The position numbers and the translations under genes are program-made. From the NCBI GenBank assembly GCA_026023565.1, contig JAPETS010000010.1, positions 682,001 through 746,000 on the forward strand: a stretch of DNA of 64,000 nt. The letters run 5' to 3'. The first letter of the stretch is position 1. Each line of letters starts with the position of its first letter. The stretch comes from Cirrosporium novae-zelandiae. Taxonomy: Eukaryota. Under the pieces are notes generated by a model that worked only from the letters and a program-made list of their open reading frames with translations, was not told where the DNA came from and ran no database searches. This document shows positions 13,943 through 28,202 of the stretch, piece by piece.

Positions 13943-14326
13943 GTTCAAGATCCTGTTCCTGGTTCTTGTCCAGGTCTAATCTGTTGAGAAGCTGCAATTA
14001 GATATGTCATGGAGATGATCCCTGACAAACGCGACCAAAGAAAAGGCAAATTAATTTTCCCCGAAATCTTAGAGCTCTGCTAGTCATCGGCCGATCGGGA
14101 CCGACTTCCCCGATATCCAATATCAATATCACGTGCATATACCATCCCAACCAGCATTTGTAAATTATTCCAGCAGCTTCTCTTATCAATTACAATTTGG
14201 ATAGCCTTCTTACATTCAAAACACCCTCGATCTTGAACTTCTCAATACTTGAACTTGACAAACTAATAAATCCTTGCCAACTTTCATCTTTGCCATTTTC
14301 CAAAACAAAAACAAAAAAAAGCAATC

Positions 14327-14706
14327 ATGTCTCGCCATCACCCGTAAGCTCCCTCCACCTCCTTCTACAAACTACACGCACTAACCCTCTCCCCAGCGAT
14401 CTTGTCATGTGCCGCAAACAACCCGGCATCTCAATCGGACGCCTCTGCGATAAATGCGACGGCAAATGCCCCGTCTGCGACTCCTACGTACGCCCCACAA
14501 CCCTCGTGCGCATCTGCGACGAGTGCTCATTTGGTAACTACCAAAACAAATGCATCGTGTGCGGTGGCGAGGGAATATCCGACGCGTTCTACTGCTTCGA
14601 GTGCACCAGACTAGAAAAGGACCGGGACGGTTGTCCCAAGATTATTAATTTGGGTAGTTCGAGGACGGATCTGTTTTACCAGAAGAAGAATTTTAGGAAT
14701 CATTGA
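14327..14706 (+). CDS. RDS3: SF3b subunit PHF5A/Rds3 (Ini1) pre-mRNA splicing factor
   Basis: [39 protein letters not shown]...[14 protein letters not shown]; intron 14344..14396 (GTAAG..CTAAC..CAG). Confidence 0.97.
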
Positions 14707-15363
14707 GATGGGATGGTGGACGTGTGCGTTTTGCTTTTTTGATAGTGACGTTGGTGGAGGGTTGAAAGTTGGGGTTGCGGGTATTACTTGAGAGATCCCG
14801 GCTCTTCTAGATGGATAGTTGCTCGGTGATGGTCGATGAAGCCGGGAAAGTAGGCGTATGGGGTCCAAGGAGTGACGCTTCAAGAACATGAATCTTTTAG
14901 GAAGGCCCCAAACAGAGCCAACCCCGGTGGGGGATGAATCAAGCTGGAGGATACCGATGGGTCAGGTACTCAGAATTCAGGTCCTCTTCTCCAATTCCAA
15001 AGCTGATGTTAATTAAAGGACACAGAAAACAAAAAGCTAAGCTAAGAAGTCCGGGACCATGAGTTTCTCAGGGACTTTTAGACATGACAGTCTAGAGGAC
15101 CTCTACAAGTCAGAATGGACAAAAGAAATTACACATTTTGTTGCTATATATCTCATGCAAATAAAAGAATATAGCTAATAGCACTCCAGTTTCCATGCTC
15201 TAATGTCGTTCTATCAATAATTCCCTCATAAGCTTGACATTTCACCCATAGCGCGTGCGCGTATGTTTTTCATCCATCATAGACCCGATCCACGGATCAA
15301 CTCGAAAAGAAGAGTTATATTCGATATTTACACCGATTCTTACCATTATTCTCCTTGCCATGT

Positions 15364-16539
15364 TTACTTCCTTCCCGGCCTCTTTGGCCTAGCAAATGCT
15401 TGTTTTGCTTCTTGTGGCGGATGAAACTCTTCTTCCAATGTCTTTTCGGTAATTTCGTCAGGGTTTGTAGCCTCCAGCTAGATAGTTGCAAAGTCTCCGT
15501 TAGCCAGTGTTACAAAATCTCCCGTAGTCACGCATTTGAGCTTCCCGTTTTTTTTCTCTTGGCAAATTTATTAGACATACCTTTTTCTCGACCGCAGCTC
15601 CAATCTCGTCCTCGGCGTATTTAGCCACCCACGCCCTACTACTAGCGTATACCATGCGCTCTCTAATCTTGGATCCAGTAGGGCATGTGTAGATGAACAC
15701 AATTGGTGCTTTCGATTCGCCTTGGTGGGTGTGGGCGTAGCGGTACAGGGAATAACGAGGTTCGGTGGAGGAGATGGTGGTTGCGAGATCTGAAGCAGAC
15801 TGGATGGAGGAGGTGGAGGCAAGAGCAATAGTTTCGGTGGGAACGTCAATTTTCTATTAGGAGTGTTAATTTGGTTTGGGTAGTATAGAGAGAGAATTCC
15901 ATTATCCAACACGGAAAAGCCAAATAGATAACTCACCAACTGCACTAGATTATCTCCACTATCGCCTCCCAATTCACTCAAGGCCTTCCCTACACTATCT
16001 TCTACCTTCATCTTCATCCCAACGACATGATTCCTCCTCGCTCCCGTGCCCTGTATCTCCTCTCCTTCCTTCTCCTTTACACCCTGCATAATCCTTTCCT
16101 CTTCCGTCAACGGCGCCGCCCCCGCTACATGGCTTTCATGTCTCTTCCAGCCTTCCGGTGTCAACTCGTTGCTCTCGGTCACAAATACTGTCTCCGCAAA
16201 ATGCTCACTCCCCAGTTCTCTCACCAGTGTAAGCCTCGTGCTCGCAAAGAGCGTCTTACTTCTCACCGGTGCATTATCTGGGATATATGTAATTGCAATA
16301 AAAGCCCCCTGACCCTCAGGTCTCTTTCTCAAGATGATATAAAGTGGGACCTTAGGATCAAGATGCTCTTGCAAGCTCGATAAAGAGGAGTAGAAATCGG
16401 AAGAGGTGTTTGGGAGGGCGGTGACAGGCTTGAGGGTCTCGGAGGTGATTGTAGCAAGAAGACCAAATTGGGACGGAGAAGAGACAAGAGTATTGAACGC
16501 GGAGAGCAACTCCTGTGAGGCGCTGATGCCGGATTGCAT
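15364..16539 (-). CDS. TWF1: Twinfilin (two ADF-H domains, actin monomer binding)
   Basis: MQSGISAS start, YIPDNAPVRSKTLFASTR, FIYTCPTGSKIRERMVYASSR, C-terminal tail FARPKRPGRK*; 2 introns. Confidence 0.9.
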
Positions 16540-16943
16540 GTTGGTGACTTGAAGTTTGGAAGTGGTGTTGTAAACACGGTTGTGGGGTCGAGACGAGGGG
16601 CAGTTGACTAGTTGTCCGACAGGGATCCCAATATAGTATGCCTCAGGTATCCACATACTTGCGCCCTACTAACGAGGCTTCTCATCTGGAATCGCCCCTT
16701 TACATCCCTTGAATCCTATACCCTGTATTGTAAGATTTTAACCTCTTGGACAATGGATTTGATCCAACACATAGAATCAAAACCGCATTTTGTATCAAAT
16801 ACAGTTGACTGCAACTGCAGCCAACTTCAGTTGAAAATAAACTAGAATGGACTATCTCCTGCACAGAATGCATGATAGATGCATCATATAATACAATATT
16901 CGCCTTGGAATAAATTTCCATACAAATGTACAACCCCGAGGTA

Positions 16944-19562
16944 TTAAGGTAACCAGGTATCTCCTCCAATCCATGGTGCCGTTGCATCTCTTAGACTCCA
17001 TTCCTGGCTGAAGCCTCTGAGCAACTCTTCCTCATCAATCCCGCAATGTACCTCGCCATCCCTGCCTCTAAACTCCCCTAGGCCATATGTTTTACCCATT
17101 GCATTCAATATCCTATCCATCTCTGCATGTCCACATCTTTCCGTGTCAACAAAATCCGTCAGCATCTTCGACTGATGTATATACGCCATAACAGAAGCAA
17201 TAGTAGAGGGTTGGCGGGGAAGGAAAACACGCCGACGGTACGTATAGGTTAGGACGGCTGCAGTAAATAGGTAGAGGATGATAAATGCAGCAAGGGCGAA
17301 AGATGTCCAGAAGGACTTGTATGTTTCATCACCATTGATAGCGGTAGACCCGTGCCTAGGGACATCGATAAATTGGTTCCCATTAACAGAAAAAGACGAG
17401 ACACAGACAGTAAGAACATCCGCCATAATACTGCCTATGCCGATCATTGCAAGAAAGTAATTTTTGTTCATAAGGGCTTTGAGAGGCATGATACCATACA
17501 TGGTGCCAGTATAATCAAGGGTAAGTATTGACGGTGGAGCATGACGTTTAGAGAGTATCCAAAATGGTTCCAACATTCGGAGACTATACTCGAGGGCACT
17601 CCATATAAGTTTAATGATACTACCAATCAGGGTCATGACCCAAGGTACTTCAGCAATAGCAACATTGGCGGGCGTGAAGAGTAGAACCGGGATAAGGATG
17701 AGAAAACCAAGTAGGAATAACATAAAGGGTACTCCAGCCCTCAATCGGAGCATCAGAGGATGAGAGTTCTCTGTCTTTTGAAGGAATTGTTCGATAGAGT
17801 TATTATCGGATATATATTGTTCTTGCCAGATGGTGGATTTGTAAAGGATATAGCGGCGGTTTCTAAGTTTCTTGTGAATCGCACCATGTTTCTCTCGATC
17901 CATACCTTGAAAGTCCGTGAGAATATGGGATTTATTAGCCATGGCTGCAATTCCTGCAATTCCTCTAGGATCACTAAGCAATCCAGATTTCCGTTCCAAC
18001 TGCCACAAAAGTACGATCCCCAACCCGGCTACGATGGCAAGGGTGGATGTCAACAGACGAGACCAGATGGCATCAATCCGAACGAAAAACCTTGGAACAT
18101 CTTCATCCTTGCCACGGTCATTATGGACCAGTATCACAGATGCACTTTGTAAAGCAGGTGTGAGGGCGCCTGCAAGTAATGTTGCAACGGAAGAGCAGAA
18201 AACAGCCCATTGCCGATAGTAGAGTGCCTTCATTGGCACAAAAGCGCTAGCGAACGTCAGATAATCCATATTAAGAGATTCGGCCGCAGTGCTTCCATGG
18301 GGCTTTGATAGTTGATAATACGGTTCTAATCTCTTGATCTCATAGTCCGAGATCTGCCAAAACACACCAAAGCTAACGAGAATGAAGGTTGGAAGGTATT
18401 TCCAACTGAAAAAGTTCCATGTCGAGATTTCGGCCGGTGAATTGAATTCCAGTATTCCACTTGGAGGGTCCTGGTTTCTTAATTTTTTCGACTGTTGATA
18501 CACCCATTCTTGCATTGCGCTCATCACGATAGAGATAACTATCAGAAACAATATATAAAACCGGTTCATGGCAATTGGCTTCCAATTAGGCCGGTCTTCA
18601 TCTGGGAAAAAGTAACTTTGCGTAGGAGCGTCATTGATGGTCGACTGCCGGCTCATGCCCTCAAATGTTGAACTATTACTACGGTTAATTTTGTCGTTCC
18701 CAGCTAAAGAGTCAAGATCAACGACCGGTTCTGGAAAACATTGGAATTAGTAATCCTGACAGTAATAGCGGGGAGGGGGTTTACCGTTGACTGCAATAAT
18801 AGCTTCTCTTCGATTCGCTTCAAGATGTGCCACTTCTCTAATCGTTTTTGATCTTTCTAGTCCTGTTGCTCTAGAAAGCCTCTGCGGGTCCGTAACACGG
18901 AATTTTTTCAAGTGCGTCATCCCATCACCGAGCCCGCCATTCCAAGGCCCCGAATATTTGGTCCTTTCAGTCTCATTTCCTTCTGCTGACAAGACATTGT
19001 CCTCTTCACCGGATTCTTCTTGAATGATATATGGGGCTGACTTTATTTCCTGGAGAGCCATGGCCCCTCCATCGAACATTGATATATCGAAGCCATAGGC
19101 CGATGGTTCTTCTGCATGTTTCCCGTCTTCATCCAAGGACTTCTGCCTTCTTGAAGCTTTGGAATTGTCTTCATCGGTAGCTTCAATTTTGGTATACCGA
19201 TCATTCATACGAGGAAAGGGTGACAGAGGCGAACGGATTGATGTAATTCTTTGAAGAATTGATTTCGCCCTTAATGGACCTGGTCCTGTCAAGGGAGATC
19301 CAGGTGAGCCCTTTGAATAGCTGCCATTCCAGGAGAACCGTGGAGAAGCTGAAGTAACCTCAGCAAATGCAACTGTTTGTGATGGGTCATAAGACGTGTC
19401 ATTTGTAGGTCGGAAAACCGGTGGAAGGGACATGCGATTAGTAGCAGAGTCATTTCTCAGACTATCCGCTACAGGAAAAGAAGGCATATCCAAATGCAAC
19501 TCATGCACGCTCGACGCCCTCCTGGGGTACGTTCCTCTAGCTCTTGAACCAGACGTTTCCAT
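16944..19562 (-). CDS. Multi-pass membrane protein, DUF3433-type (two repeated TM modules)
   Basis: Two repeats of W..xDY/EY..KR/RM-LEP(Y/F)..LSK...L.(M/L)DY with ~10 TM segments; disordered N-terminal exon joined by intron 18784..18731. Confidence 0.75.
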
Positions 19563-21276
19563 GTTGTCAATCAAGTCGATACCACAAAACCGACAGTAAT
19601 GTTAATTGTATGTTTAAGAGTTTCTTGTCTTCACTATGTTCGGTCATGGAAGAGTCTCTCGTCTGATCATTAATCATTATATTAAACATGTCCTTCTGGC
19701 GAGACCGTATATGTTCGAAAATATGTAATCCAAGTCGTGGAGGTTGTTGGTGCGCATCAGCCGTTATAGAATTTCTAGAATCAAGTCGAGGGTTTTGTAT
19801 CTTCGAGAATAGTGGAAACGTAGAGGTGGGCGCAGTAGCGAATGTAATGGCGAGCGAGCCTGTGATTTTGACAGAGAAACGGTTGAGTGGAGTACCGACC
19901 AAACAAGTTCAGGCAGCAAGATGTGATAACGACAGGCTTCAGTGGATGATGGTTCGAATCAGAGGAATCCAAATCTTCATCGGAATCATAATGCGATCAA
20001 GATAGCTTGGACAAACATCTTGTGCACAAGAGAGTTTCGGCAATCAGATTCTAGACCTAAGAGGTTGACTTATAGTTGAACAAGGTTCAAGTGAAAGAAG
20101 GTGGTGGTATCAGATCAAGATAGGATTCAAAGAGGAGCAACAGCAATAGAGAAGAAGGACAAGACAAGACCAGACAAGACAGGAGGAGGATGGATATCGG
20201 GGAATTATTATGAAATGGTGAATGATGAATGATGGTAACCGTTGCGACAGTTGCACATTAGTACAAGGCACTTAGTAGGTTGTCATACTTCCCCTAGTAG
20301 GAACGACATTTAAGCCTCCTGACAATCTCACCCAGTGCGAGATTAGCAAGCAAAGATATCGAGAGCCATGAGCAGCTCTGGACCATTGTTCAGCTGAAGC
20401 TAACCACAGCTAACCACAACTAAACCAAACCAACGAAAGACTAAACTCACTGTCAACCAATGCGTCAACATGGTAGGGAAGATAACTTTCCGGCCCCCAA
20501 CCTCCCCCCCCCTCCCTGTAGCCGCCGATAAGGCTGGCACCTAGCAACCATTCCCTACTTTTAGTCAAGTCTATCTTCCCGCAATTAATGTCTTGTGTAT
20601 CATGACAACGCCTTTTGACTTATCAAAAACCATCCGCATGAAAATCACTGAAAGCCGTTGTTGTTGGCCAAAGCCAATTTTAGATGCATAGGTCAACATG
20701 TAACAGCTCAAAAACTCGAAAAGCCTGAAAAGGGCAACAATTCACTTCCCCACAAGCAGCATGCAGAGCGGGAGACGGATGACATCCTAGCTACTGTATG
20801 TATTAAAAGAACAAATTCATTCCAATCAATGGGATCAGGTACCATTCATCTCGGTGTCGGTTACCAAGTTTGAACCCCTGCCCCAGCCCACATCTGCTTT
20901 TCCTTTTTAATCCGGGTGTCCGGGTCCCCTGATTTTATCTGTTACTTGGACATTTTATCGTCGATATTATTTCTCAAACATTCATATGTTGATATGTTGA
21001 GCTTTCTAGAAAATTGCAATTTGCATGAGTTATATGTTGAACACGTGGGTGAAAGACATGAGGCTTCCCGTAAAGAGGATTTTAGGATGACGTTGACTCC
21101 GTCTCGCCTTGCCTCAAAGTGACGTTAAATAATGCTATCGTTCGCGCATTGATTAATAGTATTTGTGGTCCCAAATTCATCATCTCCATCTAGAAACGCT
21201 TGTATTTCAAATAATATTATAATATAGCACTTGAAACACCAACTTTTAATACAATAGCTGCAAGAATAACCATTCA

Positions 21277-21610
21277 ATGTCTTCAACCTCAAGCTCTCAC
21301 TCAGGCCAAGGTATCATCAACAACGTCAAGGAAGGTTTGACTTCTATCCATGTATAATCCCACCTCTACGACATCTACCAACCCTGTTAACTCCGTGCTA
21401 ATTACCCTTCAGGGCGCCGGTGAAGCAATTCGTGGAACTTTCAACGAAACCATCGACACTGCCTTTCATGACAAGGTTGGTGTTGCTAAGAACGATAAGA
21501 TAGTAGAAAAAGGGCTTCGAGAGATGGAGGGTGGGAAATATAAGAGTGGAATCGCAGGAGTAGGTCCTGCTGACACCAAGGCGGAGCAGAATACTGGGAC
21601 GAGAGTTTGA
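21277..21610 (+). CDS. Small hydrophilic conserved fungal protein (~90 aa)
   Basis: ATG 21277; intron 21352..21412 (GTATAA..GCTAAT..CAG) gives NNVKEGLTSIH|GAGEAIRGTFNETID. Confidence 0.7.
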
Positions 21611-23250
21611 GTTTTAGGGTGAGGCGATGACTGCAGAAGGCTTAGGACGCTAAACATGAGCTGGCGCTGTATTTGTATTATTAGTTACGACGAAGAAGGA
21701 CATTGATGTCTCTCCCTTTTGAAAATTATGAGACGTTTATCGGGTGGTTCTTGCTCCAAATTAGTTTTCTATGTGATTAGCTTAAACTTCTCATTCAAAA
21801 GAGGAACCATTCTCGAATATGATAAAGAATACGAGATCTCCTAGACGTAGGTACCAATGAGTGGTCACAGCCTCAAGTTGCTGCACATGACATACCATCT
21901 AGGTCCGAGAGGAGGGAGAGAAAGGAAATGAATATGAATATTCCACGCCCTCATCCAGGGTTCAACATATGAAAGATCTGTGAGGGTAAGTTATGACTCT
22001 AACAACTTGATTTTTTCGAGTTGTTAGAGCTCGTTATTTGCCTTCTCGTCTGTGAAGTCTCGCAGGACCTCTTTCTAGGAATACCGCAAGAGCCAGAATT
22101 GAAATTGAGAATAATTCAAACAGGCGTGACAATTCGGTTCCAGGGAGAAAAAAACGAGGAAATTTTGTGAAATCACTTAGATTTTACTGAAGATGGGACT
22201 CATACGCCCAAAAAGAGTTGATGGCTATCGACTCATAGGATGAAGCATTGATTGATCAAAAAACAACCAGGGTAATAAGCTTACGGAAAGATCTCGGAAA
22301 GACTGCAGAAAGACTGTTGCACGACGATCATAATTTATGTGTGAAGAAATAATAAAAACCAAGTCACGGAAGGTTTCATAAGTGAGAATTTTTTTAGTCA
22401 CACCGAAATCACGCGATGGAGTGGGGATTACCATAGATTCCAATTTCCTCTCTTGACACAAATGGAGCCTCAAAAAACTGACTCCTGCTCAAGGCAAAAC
22501 AAGGCAATGTGGATCATCGCTGGGACATGGACCCTTAAATCTGTAGATCTTATGGTGAATATGATCCAAGTTGATGGATCCCTGGAACCTAAATCCTCTA
22601 AACAAGTTGTGATAGTAAATATCAAAGGTTAGAGTATTTGCTAACTCATGTTAGAGAAGTCTCTAGAAAAATAAGTGATAGACATACTCGTTTACGAGGA
22701 TAAATATTAATTGTCTAGGATATGCTTCCAAGCTCACCAGTTTAATTTCGCAAGATGAAAGTTTGGCTGAAACACAGAACATATGTCCTACGCCAAAATT
22801 TAGTTTTCTGTATTTAATCAGGTAGATATACCAGGGATACATAATACTAGCAATTGCACAAGAACGAGAGATGATTATATGAGAAACATATTACTCCACA
22901 CAATCTCCAGGATTTCCAAGTATGAGGAATTCTAGAAAGAGCGACTGTTTGAAGTAAGCAGGACAGGCGGGAGGTAGCATGAGTCTTTTGAAACAATTGA
23001 AACGTGATATATCCTTCATTCATACGAGATTCATACGAGATTCAAGGATGAAGCTTTCAATAGCAAGAGCTTAATATGGTAGAAGCGATCTCTCATAGAC
23101 ATAAATATCATCAAGAATCAATACTTGTAGCATCTTTTTGAACATCCAACTTAACCAGAGCTATACCGATAAGCATTTTACTTTCTTTTCGGGCTGGAAC
23201 CGTGGTTGACCCAAACTTTTCGTGCGCAGACATTTTCTATCAAACCCATC

Positions 23251-23858
23251 ATGAAGGCCGAATGGATCCATATTTTGTTGCTGGCAGCTGGCACATCAGC
23301 TACTACCTACTCGGCTTCATTCACGGCATACGGCTCTGGTATGGTTGGACGTAATAAGACTTTGATGAGATGTTAATATATTGCAGGGGACGATAATGGA
23401 AGTGGAAACTGCAACGTCAACACAGCTGCATGTGGGTTCTACACAGACCCAGGATATTCAGCAGCTGTCTCGCAGAATCTATACGGAGTTGGAGGAGGTG
23501 AAGGTGCCGGACCAGCTTGTGGTACATGCTGGAAGTTGGTTGGGGAAACAGATTCTAGTGGGAACACATTGTCAAATGCACCAACTAGTATCGTCATTAA
23601 AGGTATGATTGTAGGTTTTGTTTGTCGGATGGGGTTGGCTGATGCTGTCTAGTCAACAATCTCTGTCCTGCCGATGGCAATACTATTTGTTCCATGAGTA
23701 GCTTGTCGGACACGAATTCATATGGAGCAAATGTGAATTTTGATCTTTGTATGGACTCAGGTGCTTCAGATGCCTTTTTTCCAAGTGGGGTCGGTTTAGC
23801 TGTGGGCAATGCAACGAAGGTGGACTGTTCGCAATGGTCAGGCACTGATGTCAATTAA
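23251..23858 (+). CDS. Secreted endoglucanase V-like protein (GH45, double-psi beta-barrel; PcCel45A/expansin-like)
   Basis: Signal peptide MKAEWIHILLLAAGTSA; spliced product SASFTAYG..AACG..SAAVSQNLYG..GAGPACGTCWKL..SIVIKVNNLCPADGN..NFDLC.DSG....FFPSG..VDCSQWSG. Two introns; the product does not appear in the ORF track. Confidence 0.85.
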
Positions 23859-25958
23859 GTTTACAAAAGTCACAACATGTTTTTTTTGTTTAAAGAAAGG
23901 ATATTTTAGATGAATTCAATTGACATAGCACATGCGATAATCATTTTATAAAGAGTACGTAGGCATCTAGCAGTCAATAATATAGGTGGACTTTGCAATC
24001 ATTACATTTCTTCAAAGTTTAGACTCGGGGTTTAGCTCGGCGGTCTTGGGCTTAAGGAATGATGATTTACAGTAGCTTCTGGGCTGACGGCATGACCACC
24101 AACGGGATAAAAGATTCGGCTTGAATGAAAGGGACCAGATAGGTATTGTGGAATACCCCTCTTAGACCGAGTGAAATGGTCTCCCCTCCCTTAAGTGGGT
24201 TTCTGCCAGGAAAGTCTGTAAAATACTAATGAACTCAGATTACTCAAACTGGTAAATACTCGGACAATAAGCATAGGAATTTGACAAGAATGTTCCATCA
24301 TCACAAACTCGCATCATACAAGTAAATATCGATAGTCAGTTGATCTTTTGGACCTGGATCTTGTTTAATGAAAGAAAAGGAAGGGAAAAAAGAAAAAAGA
24401 AAACAGGGAAAAAGGAAAAAGGAAAAAGGGAGAAATGGTTGACCCCGCTATGTGTCGGCGGGACTACTCGAGTACGATAAACGATTAGATCCCTCACCCA
24501 TGCCATCCATGAAAAGTGAGATGATACCAAAGGCGGGGCTTCGATTAGGAGAAAATCTGTCTTCGTGGGTCCTTTAGTCTGTACAAAATTTTCATATAAT
24601 TTTATTGAATAATGAAATAAAAAATGATTTCATGATACAGTCGGCAGGCTCCACGGATTTCTCACGGGAGACGACCTTTTACTATTTTCATTGGCAATCA
24701 ACGTGGCATCATCTGCATGACGGAGGATTCATCATTTAGAGCCCGCAGGCAGAAGTCAAGGCGGCTTTTTTGGAAAAAGTGGCTCTCATGTTGGCTCTGC
24801 AGACTTCTGAGGGAGAAAGTAGGTGGCTCTTGAGTAATTTATTGGGTCATTTAATTTCCATGTAGTCTACTGTACAAATGTGTATTTTGACTCATTCTGT
24901 GTCATGCATTTGAAACCTTCATTCTTATACTTTTAGAGTTACTGATTGAGCTTTGAGCACTGTCTATCAGCTAATCAGCGGCACAAAGGATATTAAAATA
25001 CGAGTCACAGTCTAGTGAGTCAAAGAGTTTATGAGTCGATGAATCCTTCCAGTTGAGGGAAGGTAGTGAGTGGAAGTTGAGGATTTTTTTTTTCTTTTTG
25101 AGAGAATAACCATTGATTTGTTAATAATTCAATAATTTTAAAGTGGAAAGAGAAAAACAAAAGAAGTAAAAAAAAAAAAATTAAGATTTTGTTTGCTTGG
25201 CCTCTAGATGGCTCGTACTTGTTGTACTAAGTACTGTAACTAGATGACGCTAGACTCATTGGATCATTGGAGTAATTGGAAACTTTTGGCGGTCAAGATC
25301 TCAACCAATTAAACCTCGTCGTTACTCATGGCCCACTCGGTACGTTTAAAAAATGTCGTAGCAATTATTATCCAGATTTCCTACGACCTGTTTCTCCCTC
25401 TTCAGGCAATCATTCCTCCACACTCAAAATCCGCAATCTGCACAACATCGAAATCGAAAAGAAAAAAAGAAGCATAATCAAAAGTTCATCTTTATCATAT
25501 CGTCGAGAAATCATGCCGCGGGCTGTCGCTGAGCTGTAAATCCCCACTGGGGGCGTGCTGTTCCTTGCGTGCCCCCAGTCTCACAGCTCCCCGAGTAATT
25601 TCAATCGATTCTTGACGATATTTTCCCTTTCGATTGGGCCAAAGTACCTGCTCTGCACGCTGCAGTCGAAACAGATTATCACGTTTACAGCAATAACATC
25701 TCCTGACTGTCTAGGTCGGAGCTGTTTGTCGCCTGTCTACCTATTCCTCTACAACTTGGGATCACTAGAGAATAACAGCTTTCATCTTTAGATCCAGAAT
25801 ATCTCAACAATTTATACTAGACAATACACTTCAACTATTCACCTCACATTCGATCCCCACCCTCCAACACCCCACGCGTTCTTCGCAATTTACCTTACCC
25901 CCACCTCCCTATAGAAGAGGTATTTTTAAGAATAATATTATAGCAGCGTTCATAAAAT

Positions 25959-28202
25959 ATGGCGTGGTCGACACAAGGAAGCAAAACTCCAATGGCTTCC
26001 AAAACAACCGGTGGTGCGCAACCACCTACAACACATTCTACGTTACCAACAATTACCAATGAAGTGGGACACGGTCCTTCACTTTCATGCTCGAAGCGAG
26101 ATACGAAAAAGAGAAATGGGAATTCTCCACACGTGTCCAAGGCACATGCTACTGAGAGCTCTACCTCTGCAGTTAGCGAGACGGAAGATGGTTCTAGTTC
26201 TGAAAGCGGTTCCGATGCTGATGAAGAGGATGAAGAGGACGATGATGAAGACTTGCATGCCCCATCCCGTGGTGATGGGCGTTCCTCTCTGGGCTTTAAT
26301 GGTCACGAGATGGGGCATGCCAATGATTTCGCAGGGAAGAAGCGCAAATTAAGTACTTTAAGTACTTCAAGTTCCGAAAGTGACGATTCTGATAGAACGG
26401 TTTTACCTAATTCTCCCATTCAATCTCCGGCTAAGAAAGTCGCGACATTTTTCTCCGCACCTGAAGGGGACTCTAATGATGAAGACGATGATGATTATAA
26501 TGCTGTGGAGGAGATTGATGATTTCGAAGATGATCCTGAGGTTGAGAACGTTGAAGAAAGGATGATTATTGCAGAGGCCGAAAAAGAAGACAGACCTGCC
26601 ATGGCTAGTTTGCGGGCTGCTAGCCCTAGCCCCAGCGTCTCTTCCACTGTAAGCTGGGGTGGACTTGAACTGAACGATGCAATTTTCCATCCACATCCAT
26701 TCTTCGATGATGAAGTTGATTTCCTTTTCGACAATGGCCATTTTCCCGAACTCCTCGGAGGGTCTGACGTCGGTGCTCAATCAGGTACTTTGGATGACGA
26801 GCTTGATCTGCCTCTCTCAGAACGTCACGTCCACTTTGAAGACGTAGTTCGGCGATATTCTGACTCATCAAGTTCGTCCTCTTCAAATGAAGACAACTGG
26901 TTTCCAGATCTATTTCTACAGCAAGACAGTCTTGATCCAGAATTTAGGCGTACTATTGAGAATGACGCCAATATGGATGATGGCCATTTATCTTCTGATG
27001 AAGGCTCCATCTGGGATATTGAAGGTGATGAGGAACTTGCTCTTGAACATCAAGCTTTGGACGACGCAAGTGATAGTGGTAGCTCCTGTGGGAATTCCAG
27101 CGGCTATGAAAGTATGTTTGAAGATTACATTTACCATGAACCTGACTAATCAATTGTAACAGGTGACCAAGGAGACTCTACAGATGAAGAGCTGCCACCA
27201 CCTGAAACAATCTCTCGACCTCGTGCCATTCTTCGGCAGGTTTCTCCCTCCTCTCCAACTCCAGAAAAGGAGGATAAAAAAGGAAAGAAGCCAAGGAGGA
27301 CCAACATGCGCACCCAACGTGGGCCATCAATGGGAACATGGATTGCCGATCGAAGTAAACCAATTGCCGTTATGGATTCAACAGGTAAGCGTATGATTAT
27401 CTATCCTGCTCGCACCCCATCAAAGAACGATGGAACATGGAGTGCAGCGGCTAGTGGTGAATCCAGTCCAATTATAGGCAGCGCGCGCACCTCTATTGGT
27501 GGCGGACTATTCGATGATAGTGAAAATGACCGCAGCGACTTCTCTGGCCGAGATATTTTCAGTAGTCCAATGCTCAGCTCTGGCATCAACCTTATGATGT
27601 CAGGAATATTTCAAGGTGCTCCAGGGGAGGAGACACTTCGAGGAGGGCAAGTACTGGGACCACCAGAAGCGTTTTATCAATTTCGAAGCGTGGGCATTGA
27701 TGGCACAATCGAGGAAGAGGACGAGGATATAGACTTTGATGATATCAACCCTGATAGCATGCTCAATGTCGGTGACTTTGTTGACTTGGACGACGGCAAT
27801 TCGCAAGATGCGGGAAATCAAGATCAAGATCAAGACCAAGACATGCATATTCAGACTACACCACATCCTTCCACTTCGAATGCTCCTTTGACAACACCTT
27901 CGAGCCCACTAAGAACCGATGATATCATAGGCCACTTTAGTTATGGCTTGGTGACGGCCTTCAAAAGGAACCAATCTCGACATCAGTCATTCCTTCGTCG
28001 TCCCCCACATCGGGAATTCATGCCTGCGGGATCTGCGCTCCGGGGTCGCAGTGCCATCAAATTCGGGAGGATTGCTGGAGCCAATTCTCCTATCAGTCCG
28101 GCTCGTAGAAGGAGACCAGATCTGACTGGCAATTCTGTTTTGAAGCGAAGAATCAGGAGTGCTAATAATACGAACGCAAGTTCGTTTTCAAAAAGACATT
28201 AG
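25959..28202 (+). CDS. Acidic, disordered nuclear protein, Ifh1/Crf1-like transcriptional cofactor
   Basis: Intron 27112..27162 joins the ORFs to give SGYESDQGDSTDEELPPP, resembling the Ifh1/Crf1 FHA-binding STDE(D/E) motif; FPDLF..QDSLDP.FR block; NLS-like KKRK. Confidence 0.6.

Noticed and set aside
21950..23150. Possible decayed gene with intron-like signals
   Set aside because: No consistent reading frame or recognisable protein motif could be assembled
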